From a virus (taxonomy: Duplodnaviria > Heunggongvirae > Uroviricota > Caudoviricetes), in IMG/VR virus record IMGVR_UViG_2706794684_000018: a DNA stretch of 14,801 bases. One strand, 5' to 3'. Every line of letters begins with the position of its first letter. Position 1 is the stretch's first letter. The notes beneath the pieces are model-generated. The model did not search any database, was not told the DNA's origin, and saw only the letters and a list, made by a program, of their open reading frames with translations. Below are positions 7,458 to 14,801 of this stretch, piece by piece. Position numbers and translations under genes: made by a program.

Positions 7458-7613
7458 ATGCAAAAAATCGACCTCGGCAACAACGAATCCCTGGTGTGCG
7501 GCGTGTTCCCCAACCAGGATGGAACGTTCACTGCCATGACGTATACCAAAAGCAAAACATTTAAAACCGAAACTGGTGCGCGCCGATGGTTGGAGAAGCA
7601 CACAGTAAGCTAA
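7458..7613 (+). CDS. ydaF: Small Rac prophage protein YdaF (51 aa)
   Basis: ATG at 7458; encodes MQKIDLGNNESLVCGVFPNQDGTFTAMTYTKSKTFKTETGARRWLEKHTVS and ends with TAA at 7611..7613, overlapping the convergent sieB 3' end by 4 nt. Below the track's 60-aa cutoff. Weak Shine-Dalgarno; the call rests on position and length. Confidence 0.5.
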   Translation: MQKIDLGNNESLVCGVFPNQDGTFTAMTYTKSKTFKTETGARRWLEKHTVS

Positions 7614-8098
7614 CGATTAAAACGTCTACTCCTGCTGTTCCAGAATAACTTCATAAAATGGGAGTATTTTTCGGTGACGAGATAATAAGAACAGTTTGCG
7701 CTATCACTCTGATGTTGAATGATGCCCTTCCGTTCTAATTTTTTCATAACCGGGTTACGGCAAGGAGAAGTGATAATAAGATTTCCTGTTTTAAGGAAAT
7801 CTTTAAATACAGCGATTTCTTTCTCAGATAAACGAAGCAATACTCGTTGCTCTGGTAGTAATGAATAATGCTTTTGAATATGTGCTCGCAATCTTGAGAA
7901 GGAAATGGCGACCACGAAAGAAAAGGCAAAAACGATAATCTGAAAGAGCCAAGGTATTTCAGTATAAGCATTGAATGCGACAGTAAACTCTTTCGGTATC
8001 AGCCAGAGAGTGAGACCAAAAATGATAATCGTATACATAAGTATTTCGAGTGGCTCGTTAGCAAAAAGTTTCAACAATGGAGTAAATACATCCAACAT
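7610..8098 (-). CDS. sieB: Superinfection exclusion protein B (membrane protein)
   Basis: Track ORF is 203 aa; the internal ATG at 8098..8096 gives a 162-aa protein MLDVFTPLLKLFANEPLEILMYTIIIFGLTLWLIPKEF... with hydrophobic segments, matching my recollection of SieB. AT-rich gene. Confidence 0.85.
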   Translation of the reverse strand: MLDVFTPLLKLFANEPLEILMYTIIIFGLTLWLIPKEFTVAFNAYTEIPWLFQIIVFAFSFVVAISFSRLRAHIQKHYSLLPEQRVLLRLSEKEIAVFKDFLKTGNLIITSPCRNPVMKKLERKGIIQHQSDSANCSYYLVTEKYSHFMKLFWNSRSRRFNR

Positions 8099-8539
8099 AT
8101 CAATAACTCTCAACTGTAAGGGTATTGAAATGTTAACACAAGCTCTCGCTGTAGGGGTATAGCCGAGACCACCGAAGCCCGGAGGTGGTGAAATAAAACC
8201 GGGCACAACACGAAGGCGCATTTCCGATATCCATAAAGAGTCGGTCTTGTCTGTTAAATTTAAATGGTGGGAGTGCGCCTCCGGTTGTAAATAACGACAT
8301 TGCTGTGTGTAGTCCTGGCGGCATCAGTTTTTTTCTTGAAGTTCGGCTGATGTCCGCCCTTTTTAAAGTGAATTTTGTGATGCGGTGAATGCGGCTAAGC
8401 GCACGTGGCACAGTTAAAAGTCATGTTAGTCCTTATTGGTTTGGGTGGGAAAGCCGACTGTAATTGTTAACTGGTTGCAGTCACCTGGAGGCACCAGGCA
8501 CCGCATCAACAAAGTTCATTTGTAAAAATGGAGATAATT

Positions 8540-8761
8540 ATGATTGCACATCACTTCGGAACTGATGAAATACCACGTCAGTGTGTGACTCCTGGCGATT
8601 ATGTTCTTCATGAAGGCCGGACATATATTGCCTCGGCAAACAATATTAAAAAGCGAAAACTATATATTCGTAACCTGACCACAAAAACATGCATTACTGA
8701 CCGCATGATTAAAGTCTTCCTCGGTCGTGATGGTTTACCTGTAAAGGCGGAGTCATGGTGA
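8540..8761 (+). CDS. kilR: Killing protein KilR (FtsZ-directed cell-division inhibitor)
   Basis: ATG at 8540 preceded by GGAGA; 73-aa product [73 protein letters not shown] matches recalled KilR. The stop TGA (8759..8761) overlaps the ydaE ATG. Confidence 0.9.
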   Translation: MIAHHFGTDEIPRQCVTPGDYVLHEGRTYIASANNIKKRKLYIRNLTTKTCITDRMIKVFLGRDGLPVKAESW

Positions 8762-8931
8762 TGACTAAGAAAATAAAATGTGCTTACCACCTTTGCAAAA
8801 AAGACGTTGAAGAAAGCAAAGCTATTGAAAGAATGCTTCACTTCATGCACGGGATTTTATCAAAAGACGAACCGAGAAAATATTGCAGTGAAGCTTGTGC
8901 CGAAAAAGACCAGATGGCACATGAACTTTAA
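8761..8931 (+). CDS. ydaE: Small zinc-ribbon-like protein YdaE (56 aa)
   Basis: Hand-translated: [56 protein letters not shown], with four cysteines in two pairs. Start overlaps the kilR stop (TGATG junction). Not in the supplied track because it is shorter than 60 aa. Confidence 0.8.
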   Translation: MTKKIKCAYHLCKKDVEESKAIERMLHFMHGILSKDEPRKYCSEACAEKDQMAHEL

Positions 8932-9005
8932 TTAATTGACTATTCGAAACTGAATTTATGCCAGAAATGGCAGGTATTCGCTCAACCTTAATTAAGGAGA
9001 AAAAC

Positions 9006-9281
9006 ATGATTACCAATTATGAAGCCACTGTTGTAACTACCGATGACATTGTTCACGAGGTGAATCTGGAAGGAAAGCGCATTGGCTACGTAATTAAAAC
9101 AGAAAATAAAGAAACCCCATTCACTGTGGTTGATATCGATGGTCCATCAGGCAACGTAAAAACACTTGATGAAGGTGTCAAAAAAATGTGCCTGGTGCAT
9201 ATCGGAAAGAATCTGCCCGCAGAAAAAAAAGCCGAATTTCTGGCAACTCTAATTGCAATGAAATTAAAAGGTGAAATCTGA
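9006..9281 (+). CDS. racC: Rac prophage protein RacC (91 aa)
   Basis: ATG at 9006 preceded by AAGGAGAA (8994..9000). Product MITNYEATVVTTDDIVHEVNLEGKRIGYVIKTENKETPF... matches recalled RacC; the track's 107-aa ORF is an N-terminal over-extension. Confidence 0.85.
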   Translation: MITNYEATVVTTDDIVHEVNLEGKRIGYVIKTENKETPFTVVDIDGPSGNVKTLDEGVKKMCLVHIGKNLPAEKKAEFLATLIAMKLKGEI

Positions 9282-9286
9282 AAGAA

Positions 9287-9311
9287 ATAGCCTGCGTATG
9301 GCGCAGGCTAT
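9287..9311 (+). other. Perfect 10-bp stem-loop between racC and recE
   Basis: ATAGCCTGCG (9287..9296), loop TATGG, CGCAGGCTAT (9302..9311); begins 6 nt after the racC stop. No downstream T-tract, so it is not a canonical intrinsic terminator. Confidence 0.5.
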
Positions 9312-9382
9312 GAACAGTGTGTATCCGGCAAGATCATTCACTGAACAAAACGAATTTTAATCTGAGTTGAGGTTAAAAAACA

Positions 9383-12016
9383 ATGAGCACAAAACCACTC
9401 TTCCTGTTACGGAAAGCGAAAAAATCATCCGGTGAACCTGACGTCGTCCTGTGGGCAAGCAACGATTTTGAATCGACCTGTGCCACTCTGGACTACCTGA
9501 TCGTTAAGTCAGGTAAAAAACTGAGCAGCTATTTTAAAGCTGTTGCCACGAATTTTCCTGTCGTTAATGACCTGCCCGCTGAAGGTGAGATCGATTTTAC
9601 CTGGAGTGAACGCTATCAACTCAGCAAAGACTCCATGACATGGGAACTAAAACCGGGAGCAGCACCAGACAACGCTCACTATCAAGGCAATACCAACGTC
9701 AACGGCGAAGACATGACTGAGATTGAGGAGAATATGCTACTCCCAATTTCTGGCCAGGAACTGCCCATTCGTTGGCTTGCTCAACACGGCAGCGAAAAAC
9801 CGGTAACGCACGTTTCACGCGACGGACTCCAGGCATTACACATTGCTCGGGCTGAAGAACTACCGGCTGTTACTGCCCTGGCTGTTTCCCACAAAACCAG
9901 CCTGCTCGACCCGCTGGAAATTCGCGAACTCCACAAACTGGTTCGTGACACTGACAAAGTTTTCCCTAATCCTGGTAATTCAAACCTGGGACTGATAACT
10001 GCTTTTTTCGAAGCATACCTGAACGCTGACTACACCGATCGAGGACTGCTGACAAAAGAGTGGATGAAGGGTAATCGTGTTTCACACATCACTCGCACGG
10101 CTTCCGGTGCTAATGCTGGCGGCGGAAACCTCACCGATCGCGGCGAAGGTTTCGTACACGATCTGACGTCACTGGCGCGGGACGTAGCCACTGGCGTACT
10201 GGCCCGTTCAATGGATCTGGACATCTATAACCTTCATCCGGCACACGCTAAACGCATTGAGGAAATTATCGCTGAAAATAAACCGCCCTTTTCTGTTTTC
10301 CGCGACAAATTCATCACCATGCCTGGCGGGCTGGATTATTCCCGCGCCATCGTGGTTGCGTCCGTAAAAGAAGCACCAATTGGGATCGAGGTCATCCCCG
10401 CGCACGTCACTGAATATCTGAACAAAGTACTGACTGAAACCGATCATGCCAACCCTGATCCGGAAATCGTGGATATTGCCTGCGGTCGCTCCTCTGCCCC
10501 GATGCCGCAGCGAGTAACAGAAGAAGGAAAACAGGATGATGAAGAAAAACCGCAACCATCTGGAACAACGGCAGTTGAACAGGGAGAGGCTGAAACAATG
10601 GAACCGGACGCAACTGAACATCATCAGGACACGCAGCCGCTGGATGCTCAGTCACAGGTAAATTCTGTTGATGCGAAATATCAGGAACTGCGGGCAGAAC
10701 TCCATGAAGCCCGGAAAAACATTCCATCAAAAAATCCTGTCGATGCCGATAAATTGCTTGCTGCATCACGTGGTGAATTTGTTGACGGAATTAGCGACCC
10801 GAACGATCCGAAATGGGTAAAGGGGATCCAGACTCGCGATTGTGTGTACCAGAACCAGCCAGAAACGGAAAAAACCAGCCCGGATATGAATCAACCTGAG
10901 CCAGTAGTGCAACAGGAACCGGAAATAGCCTGCAATGCCTGCGGCCAGACTGGCGGGGATAACTGCCCTGACTGTGGTGCGGTGATGGGCGACGCAACAT
11001 ACCAGGAAACATTCGATGAAGAGAGTCAGGTTGAAGCTAAGGAAAATGATCCGGAGGAAATGGAAGGCGCTGAACATCCGCACAATGAGAATGCTGGCAG
11101 CGATCCGCATCGCGATTGCAGTGATGAAACTGGCGAAGTCGCAGATCCCGTAATCNNNNNNNNNNNNNNNNNNNNNNNNNNNNNNNNNNNNNNNNNNNNN
11201 NNNNNNNNNNNNNNNNNNNNNNNNNNNNNNNNNNNNNNNNNNNNNNNNNNNNNNNNNNNNNNNNNNNNNNNNNNNNNNNNNNNNNNNNNNNNNNNNNNNN
11301 NNNNNNNNNNNNNNNNNNNNNNNNNNNNNNNNNNNNNNNNNNNNNNNNNNNNNNNNNNNNNNNNNNNNNNNNNNNNNNNNNNNNNNNNNNNNNNNNNNNN
11401 NNNNNNNNNNNNNNNNNNNNNNNNNNNNNNCCGCCGGACAAACTCCGGAAAAGAAGAAGAGAAAGCGTTTCTGAGGGAATGCGCAAGCACAGGAAAAACG
11501 GTTATCACTGCCGAAGAAGGCCGGAAAATTGAACTCATGTATCAGAGCGTTATGGCTTTGCCGCTGGGGCAATGGCTTGTTGAAAGCGCCGGACACGCTG
11601 AATCATCAATTTACTGGGAAGATCCTGAAACAGCAATTTTGTGTCGGTGCCGTCCGGACAAAATTATCCCTGAATTTCACTGGATCATGGACGTGAAAAC
11701 TACGGCGGATATTCAACGATTCAAAACCGCTTATTACGACTACCGCTATCACGTTCAGGATGCATTCTACAGTGACGGTTATGAAGCACAGTTTGGAGTG
11801 CAGCCAACTTTCGTTTTTCTGGTTGCCAGCACAACTATTGAATGCGGACGTTATCCGGTTGAAATTTTCATGATGGGCGAAGAAGCAAAACTGGCAGGTC
11901 AGCTGGAATATCACCGCAATCTGCGAACCCTGGCTGACTGCCTCAATACCGATGAATGGCCAGCTATTAAGACGTTATCACTGCCCCGCTGGGCTAAGGA
12001 ATATGCAAATGACTAA
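9383..12016 (+). CDS. recE: Exodeoxyribonuclease VIII RecE (interrupted by the N-run 11156..11430)
   Basis: 878-codon frame including the masked stretch. N-terminal and C-terminal sequence (…RWAKEYAND) match my recollection of RecE. The 3' end overlaps the recT start. Confidence 0.9.
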   Translation: MSTKPLFLLRKAKKSSGEPDVVLWASNDFESTCATLDYLIVKSGKKLSSYFKAVATNFPVVNDLPAEGEIDFTWSERYQLSKDSMTWELKPGAAPDNAHYQGNTNVNGEDMTEIEENMLLPISGQELPIRWLAQHGSEKPVTHVSRDGLQALHIARAEELPAVTALAVSHKTSLLDPLEIRELHKLVRDTDKVFPNPGNSNLGLITAFFEAYLNADYTDRGLLTKEWMKGNRVSHITRTASGANAGGGNLTDRGEGFVHDLTSLARDVATGVLARSMDLDIYNLHPAHAKRIEEIIAENKPPFSVFRDKFITMPGGLDYSRAIVVASVKEAPIGIEVIPAHVTEYLNKVLTETDHANPDPEIVDIACGRSSAPMPQRVTEEGKQDDEEKPQPSGTTAVEQGEAETMEPDATEHHQDTQPLDAQSQVNSVDAKYQELRAELHEARKNIPSKNPVDADKLLAASRGEFVDGISDPNDPKWVKGIQTRDCVYQNQPETEKTSPDMNQPEPVVQQEPEIACNACGQTGGDNCPDCGAVMGDATYQETFDEESQVEAKENDPEEMEGAEHPHNENAGSDPHRDCSDETGEVADPVIXXXXXXXXXXXXXXXXXXXXXXXXXXXXXXXXXXXXXXXXXXXXXXXXXXXXXXXXXXXXXXXXXXXXXXXXXXXXXXXXXXXXXXXXXXXXRRTNSGKEEEKAFLRECASTGKTVITAEEGRKIELMYQSVMALPLGQWLVESAGHAESSIYWEDPETAILCRCRPDKIIPEFHWIMDVKTTADIQRFKTAYYDYRYHVQDAFYSDGYEAQFGVQPTFVFLVASTTIECGRYPVEIFMMGEEAKLAGQLEYHRNLRTLADCLNTDEWPAIKTLSLPRWAKEYAND
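11156..11430. other. Run of 275 N (assembly gap or masked sequence) inside recE
   Basis: Seen directly. The recE reading frame is preserved across it, suggesting length-preserving masking rather than an arbitrary gap. Confidence 0.99.
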
Positions 12017-12818
12017 GCAACCACCAATCGCAAAAGCCGATCTGCAAAAAACTCAGGGAAACCGTGCACCAGCAGCAATTAAAAATAACGACGTGATTAG
12101 TTTTATTAACCAGCCATCAATGAAAGAGCAACTGGCAGCAGCTCTTCCACGCCATATGACGGCTGAACGTATGATCCGTATCGCCACCACAGAAATTCGT
12201 AAAGTTCCGGCGTTAGGAAACTGTGACACTATGAGTTTTGTCAGTGCAATCGTACAGTGTTCACAGCTCGGACTTGAGCCCGGTAGCGCCCTCGGTCATG
12301 CATATTTACTGCCTTTTGGTAATAAAAACGAAAAGAGCGGTAAAAAAAACGTTCAGCTAATCATTGGCTATCGCGGCATGATTGATCTGGCTCGCCGTTC
12401 AGGTCAAATCGCCAGCCTGTCAGCCCGTGTTGTCCGTGAAGGTGACGAGTTTAATTTCGAATTTGGCCTTGATGAAAAGTTAATACACCGCCCAGGAGAA
12501 AACGAAGATGCCCCTGTTACCCACGTCTATGCTGTCGCAAGACTGAAAGACGGAGGTACTCAGTTTGAAGTTATGACGCGCAAACAGATTGAGCTGGTGC
12601 GCAGCCAGAGTAAAGCTGGTAATAACGGGCCGTGGGTAACTCACTGGGAAGAAATGGCAAAGAAAACGGCTATTCGTCGCCTGTTCAAATATCTGCCCGT
12701 ATCAATTGAGATCCAGCGTGCAGTATCAATGGATGAAAAGGAACCACTGACAATCGATCCTGCAGATTCCTCTGTATTAACCGGGGAATACAGTGTAATC
12801 GATAATTCAGAGGAATAA
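12009..12818 (+). CDS. recT: Recombinase RecT (single-strand annealing protein, 269 aa)
   Basis: ATG at 12009; product [23 protein letters not shown]...VIDNSEE matches recalled RecT. The track's ORF start at 11952 is an upstream over-extension. Overlaps the recE stop by 8 nt. Confidence 0.95.
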   Translation: MTKQPPIAKADLQKTQGNRAPAAIKNNDVISFINQPSMKEQLAAALPRHMTAERMIRIATTEIRKVPALGNCDTMSFVSAIVQCSQLGLEPGSALGHAYLLPFGNKNEKSGKKNVQLIIGYRGMIDLARRSGQIASLSARVVREGDEFNFEFGLDEKLIHRPGENEDAPVTHVYAVARLKDGGTQFEVMTRKQIELVRSQSKAGNNGPWVTHWEEMAKKTAIRRLFKYLPVSIEIQRAVSMDEKEPLTIDPADSSVLTGEYSVIDNSEE

Positions 12819-12873
12819 TTCAGCCTGGCGGTGTAATGCACCGCCAACTTGAAATATTTTTATGAGAAAAATT

Positions 12874-13023
12874 ATGAGATATGACAATGTTAAACCATGT
12901 CCATTTTGTGGTTGTCCATCAGTAACGGTGAAAGCCATTTCAGGATATTACCGAGCGAAGTGTAACGGATGCGAATCCCGAACCGGTTATGGTGGAAGTG
13001 AAAAAGAAGCACTCGAACGATGA
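12874..13023 (+). CDS. ralR: Restriction alleviation protein RalR (Lar), truncated to 49 aa by an in-frame TGA
   Basis: Hand-translated from ATG 12874: MRYDNVKPCPFCGCPSVTVKAISGYYRAKCNGCESRTGYGGSEKEALER then TGA at 13021..13023. The same frame continues NKRTTGNNNGGVHV to TAA at 13066..13068, which would give exactly 64 aa, the length I recall for K-12 RalR, if the TGA were TGG. Below the track's 60-aa cutoff. Confidence 0.6.
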   Translation: MRYDNVKPCPFCGCPSVTVKAISGYYRAKCNGCESRTGYGGSEKEALER

Positions 13024-13060
13024 AATAAACGAACCACTGGAAATAATAATGGAGGTGTTC

Positions 13061-13249
13061 ATGTATAAAATTACCGCCACTATTGAAAAGGAAGGTGGCA
13101 CTCCTACTAACTGGACAAGATATTCAAAATCTAAACTAACGAAATCAGAATGCGAAAAAATGCTCTCAGGTAAAAAAGAAGCAGGCGTTTCCAGAGAGCA
13201 GAAAGTAAAACTGATAAATTTTAATTGCGAGAAACTTCAGTCCTCGTGA
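13061..13249 (+). CDS. ydaC: Rac prophage protein YdaC
   Basis: ATG at 13061 preceded by GGAGG (13051..13055, 5-nt spacer); product MYKITATIEKEGGTPTNWTRYSKSKLTKSECEKMLSGKKEAGVSREQKVKLINFNCEKLQSS. An alternative in-frame ATG at 13049 has a weaker ribosome-binding site. Confidence 0.75.
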   Translation: MYKITATIEKEGGTPTNWTRYSKSKLTKSECEKMLSGKKEAGVSREQKVKLINFNCEKLQSS

Positions 13250-13348
13250 ATTGCATTGTATTCAAATTAAAACTTCATAGCTGATTATTAATAATCAACA
13301 TCGGGCGTCAATTTAAGTCTAACATTGGCGCCTGCCAGAGGTGATGCG

Positions 13349-13564
13349 ATGGCACAAGTAATCTTTAATGAAGAGTGGATGGTTGAATACGGCCTGATGC
13401 TTCGCACTGGTCTGGGGGCCAGACAAATTGAAGCATACCGCCAGAACTGTTGGGTGGAAGGCTTCCACTTCAAACGAGTATCTCCTTTAGGGAAGCCAGA
13501 CAGTAAGCGAGGGATTATCTGGTATAACTATCCAAAGATAAATCAGTTTATCAAAGACTCATGA
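13349..13564 (+). CDS. xisR: Prophage excisionase XisR (YdaQ)
   Basis: ATG at 13349 preceded by GAGGTGAT; 71-aa product [71 protein letters not shown]. Immediately upstream of the integrase; its stop is 1 nt before the intR ATG. Confidence 0.8.
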   Translation: MAQVIFNEEWMVEYGLMLRTGLGARQIEAYRQNCWVEGFHFKRVSPLGKPDSKRGIIWYNYPKINQFIKDS

Positions 13565-13565
13565 T

Positions 13566-14801
13566 ATGTCTAAATTACCAACAGGTGTCGAGATTCGAGG
13601 TAAATACATTCGCATCTGGTTCATGTTTCGAGGAAAACGATGTCGGGAAACATTGAAAGGCTGGGAGGTTACTAACAGTAACATTAAAAAAGCCGGGAAT
13701 TTAAGAGCGTTGATAGTTCATGAAATCAATTCCGGTGAGTTTGAGTATTTAAGACGTTTTCCCCAGTCCAGCACTGGGGCAAAAATGGTGACAACGAGGG
13801 TCATAAAAACGTTCGGGGAGCTTTGTGATATCTGGACAAAAATTAAAGAAACAGAGTTAACAACAAACACAATGAAGAAAACGAAATCACAATTAAAAAC
13901 ACTCAGGATAATAATTTGTGAGAGTACTCCGATATCGCATATTCGTTATAGCGATATCTTAAACTACCGGAATGAACTGCTGCATGGAGAAACGCTTTAC
14001 CTGGATAATCCAAGATCCAACAAAAAAGGAAGAACCGTGCGCACAGTTGATAACTATATCGCCCTGCTCTGTTCGTTGTTACGTTTTGCGTATCAGTCGG
14101 GATTTATATCAACCAAACCATTTGAAGGAGTAAAGAAATTACAGAGAAACAGAATAAAGCCTGACCCGTTATCTAAAACAGAATTCAATGCATTAATGGA
14201 AAGTGAAAAAGGACAGAGCCAGAACTTGTGGAAATTTGCCGTATACTCCGGGCTTCGTCACGGGGAACTGGCTGCTCTGGCGTGGGAGGATGTGGATTTC
14301 GAGAAGGGAGTTGTGAATGTCAGAAGAAACCTGACGATACTGGATATGTTCGGTCCCCCAAAAACAAATGCGGGGATCCGGACGGTAACACTACTGCAGC
14401 CTGCTCTTGAAGCACTGAAGGAGCAATACAAACTGACCGGGCATCATCGCAAAAGCGAAATCACTTTTTATCATCGGGAGTACGGCAGAACCGAAAAGCA
14501 AAAACTGCATTTTGTTTTCATGCCCAGAGTGTGTAACGGAAAACAGAAACCTTATTACTCGGTAAGCAGTTTGGGTGCGAGATGGAATGCAGCAGTAAAA
14601 CGTGCTGGTATTCGCCGCCGTAATCCGTACCATACGCGGCATACTTTTGCCTGCTGGCTGTTGACGGCAGGAGCGAACCCGGCGTTTATAGCCAGCCAGA
14701 TGGGGCATGAAACTGCGCAGATGGTGTATGAAATTTACGGTATGTGGATTGATGACATGAACGACGAACAGGTAGCCATGTTGAATGCGCGGTTATCGTA
14801 G
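13566..14801 (+). CDS. intR: Rac prophage tyrosine integrase IntR (411 aa)
   Basis: Full 411-codon ORF ending in TAG at the last base of the window. C-terminal catalytic region contains RHGELAALAWEDVD... and HTRHTFACWLLTAGANPAFIASQMGHET... with a terminal Y in YEIYGMW, consistent with a tyrosine recombinase. Confidence 0.9.
   Translation: MSKLPTGVEIRGKYIRIWFMFRGKRCRETLKGWEVTNSNIKKAGNLRALIVHEINSGEFEYLRRFPQSSTGAKMVTTRVIKTFGELCDIWTKIKETELTTNTMKKTKSQLKTLRIIICESTPISHIRYSDILNYRNELLHGETLYLDNPRSNKKGRTVRTVDNYIALLCSLLRFAYQSGFISTKPFEGVKKLQRNRIKPDPLSKTEFNALMESEKGQSQNLWKFAVYSGLRHGELAALAWEDVDFEKGVVNVRRNLTILDMFGPPKTNAGIRTVTLLQPALEALKEQYKLTGHHRKSEITFYHREYGRTEKQKLHFVFMPRVCNGKQKPYYSVSSLGARWNAAVKRAGIRRRNPYHTRHTFACWLLTAGANPAFIASQMGHETAQMVYEIYGMWIDDMNDEQVAMLNARLS

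Larger units (their letters stand above)
960..14801. mobile_element. Rac-like lambdoid prophage segment (immunity, replication, recombination and integration modules plus cargo); continues beyond the right edge
   Basis: Gene content and order (intR, xisR, ydaC, ralR, recT, recE, racC, ydaE, kilR, sieB, ydaF, ydaG, racR, ydaS, ydaT, ydaU, ydaV) match the early region of the E. coli K-12 Rac prophage as I recall it. The att site next to intR is outside the window. The left boundary is unresolved; including the 960..2999 cargo genes in the prophage is an inference from co-orientation with the leftward operon. Confidence 0.8.

Noticed and set aside
8133-8411. 92-aa minus-strand ORF in the sieB/kilR divergent intergenic region
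   Set aside because: It overlaps the sieB 5' region and the likely promoter region, with no ribosome-binding site; the region is more plausibly regulatory. I could not assign confident -35/-10 hexamers there either, so no promoter is reported.
4167-11430. N-runs as CRISPR arrays or repeats; tRNA or rRNA genes anywhere in the window
   Set aside because: N-runs are masked or gap sequence, not repeats. I saw no regularly spaced direct repeats and no cloverleaf-like or rRNA-like sequence by eye.
10030-11914. Several minus-strand ORFs antisense to recE (64 to 276 aa)
   Set aside because: They are antisense to a well-supported gene, some are inflated by the N-run, and they have low-complexity products.
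11952-12818. 288-aa version of recT starting at 11952
   Set aside because: The upstream 19 codons overlap recE and are absent from RecT as I recall it; the ATG at 12009 gives the expected 269-aa protein.

Overview
This window is the early/immunity half of a Rac-like lambdoid prophage of Escherichia coli, plus an AT-rich two-gene cargo locus that I could not assign to any family. From right to left the prophage reads intR, xisR (ydaQ), ydaC, ralR, recT, recE, racC, ydaE, kilR on the + strand, then sieB (-), ydaF and ydaG (+), the repressor racR (+), and a leftward operon ydaS-ydaT-ydaU-ydaV followed by two unnamed genes. Gene names come from my recollection of the K-12 Rac protein sequences and lengths, not from a database search. 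At the distal end of that leftward operon sit two co-oriented genes (960..2999, minus strand) with markedly lower GC than the phage backbone. One carries an R-N-x-x-x-H motif typical of HEPN RNases and the other a GNAT-like motif; this is my lead candidate for an undescribed defence or toxin system. Other points worth a second look are an in-frame TGA that truncates ralR, an AGTACAT heptamer repeated on both sides of racR, and a perfect 10-bp stem-loop between racC and recE. Three N-runs (4167..4267, 5437..5689, 11156..11430) interrupt ydaV, ydaU and recE; the 463-aa ORF in the supplied track is a read-through artefact across the first one. The prophage right end (beyond intR) lies outside the window and the left boundary is unresolved.
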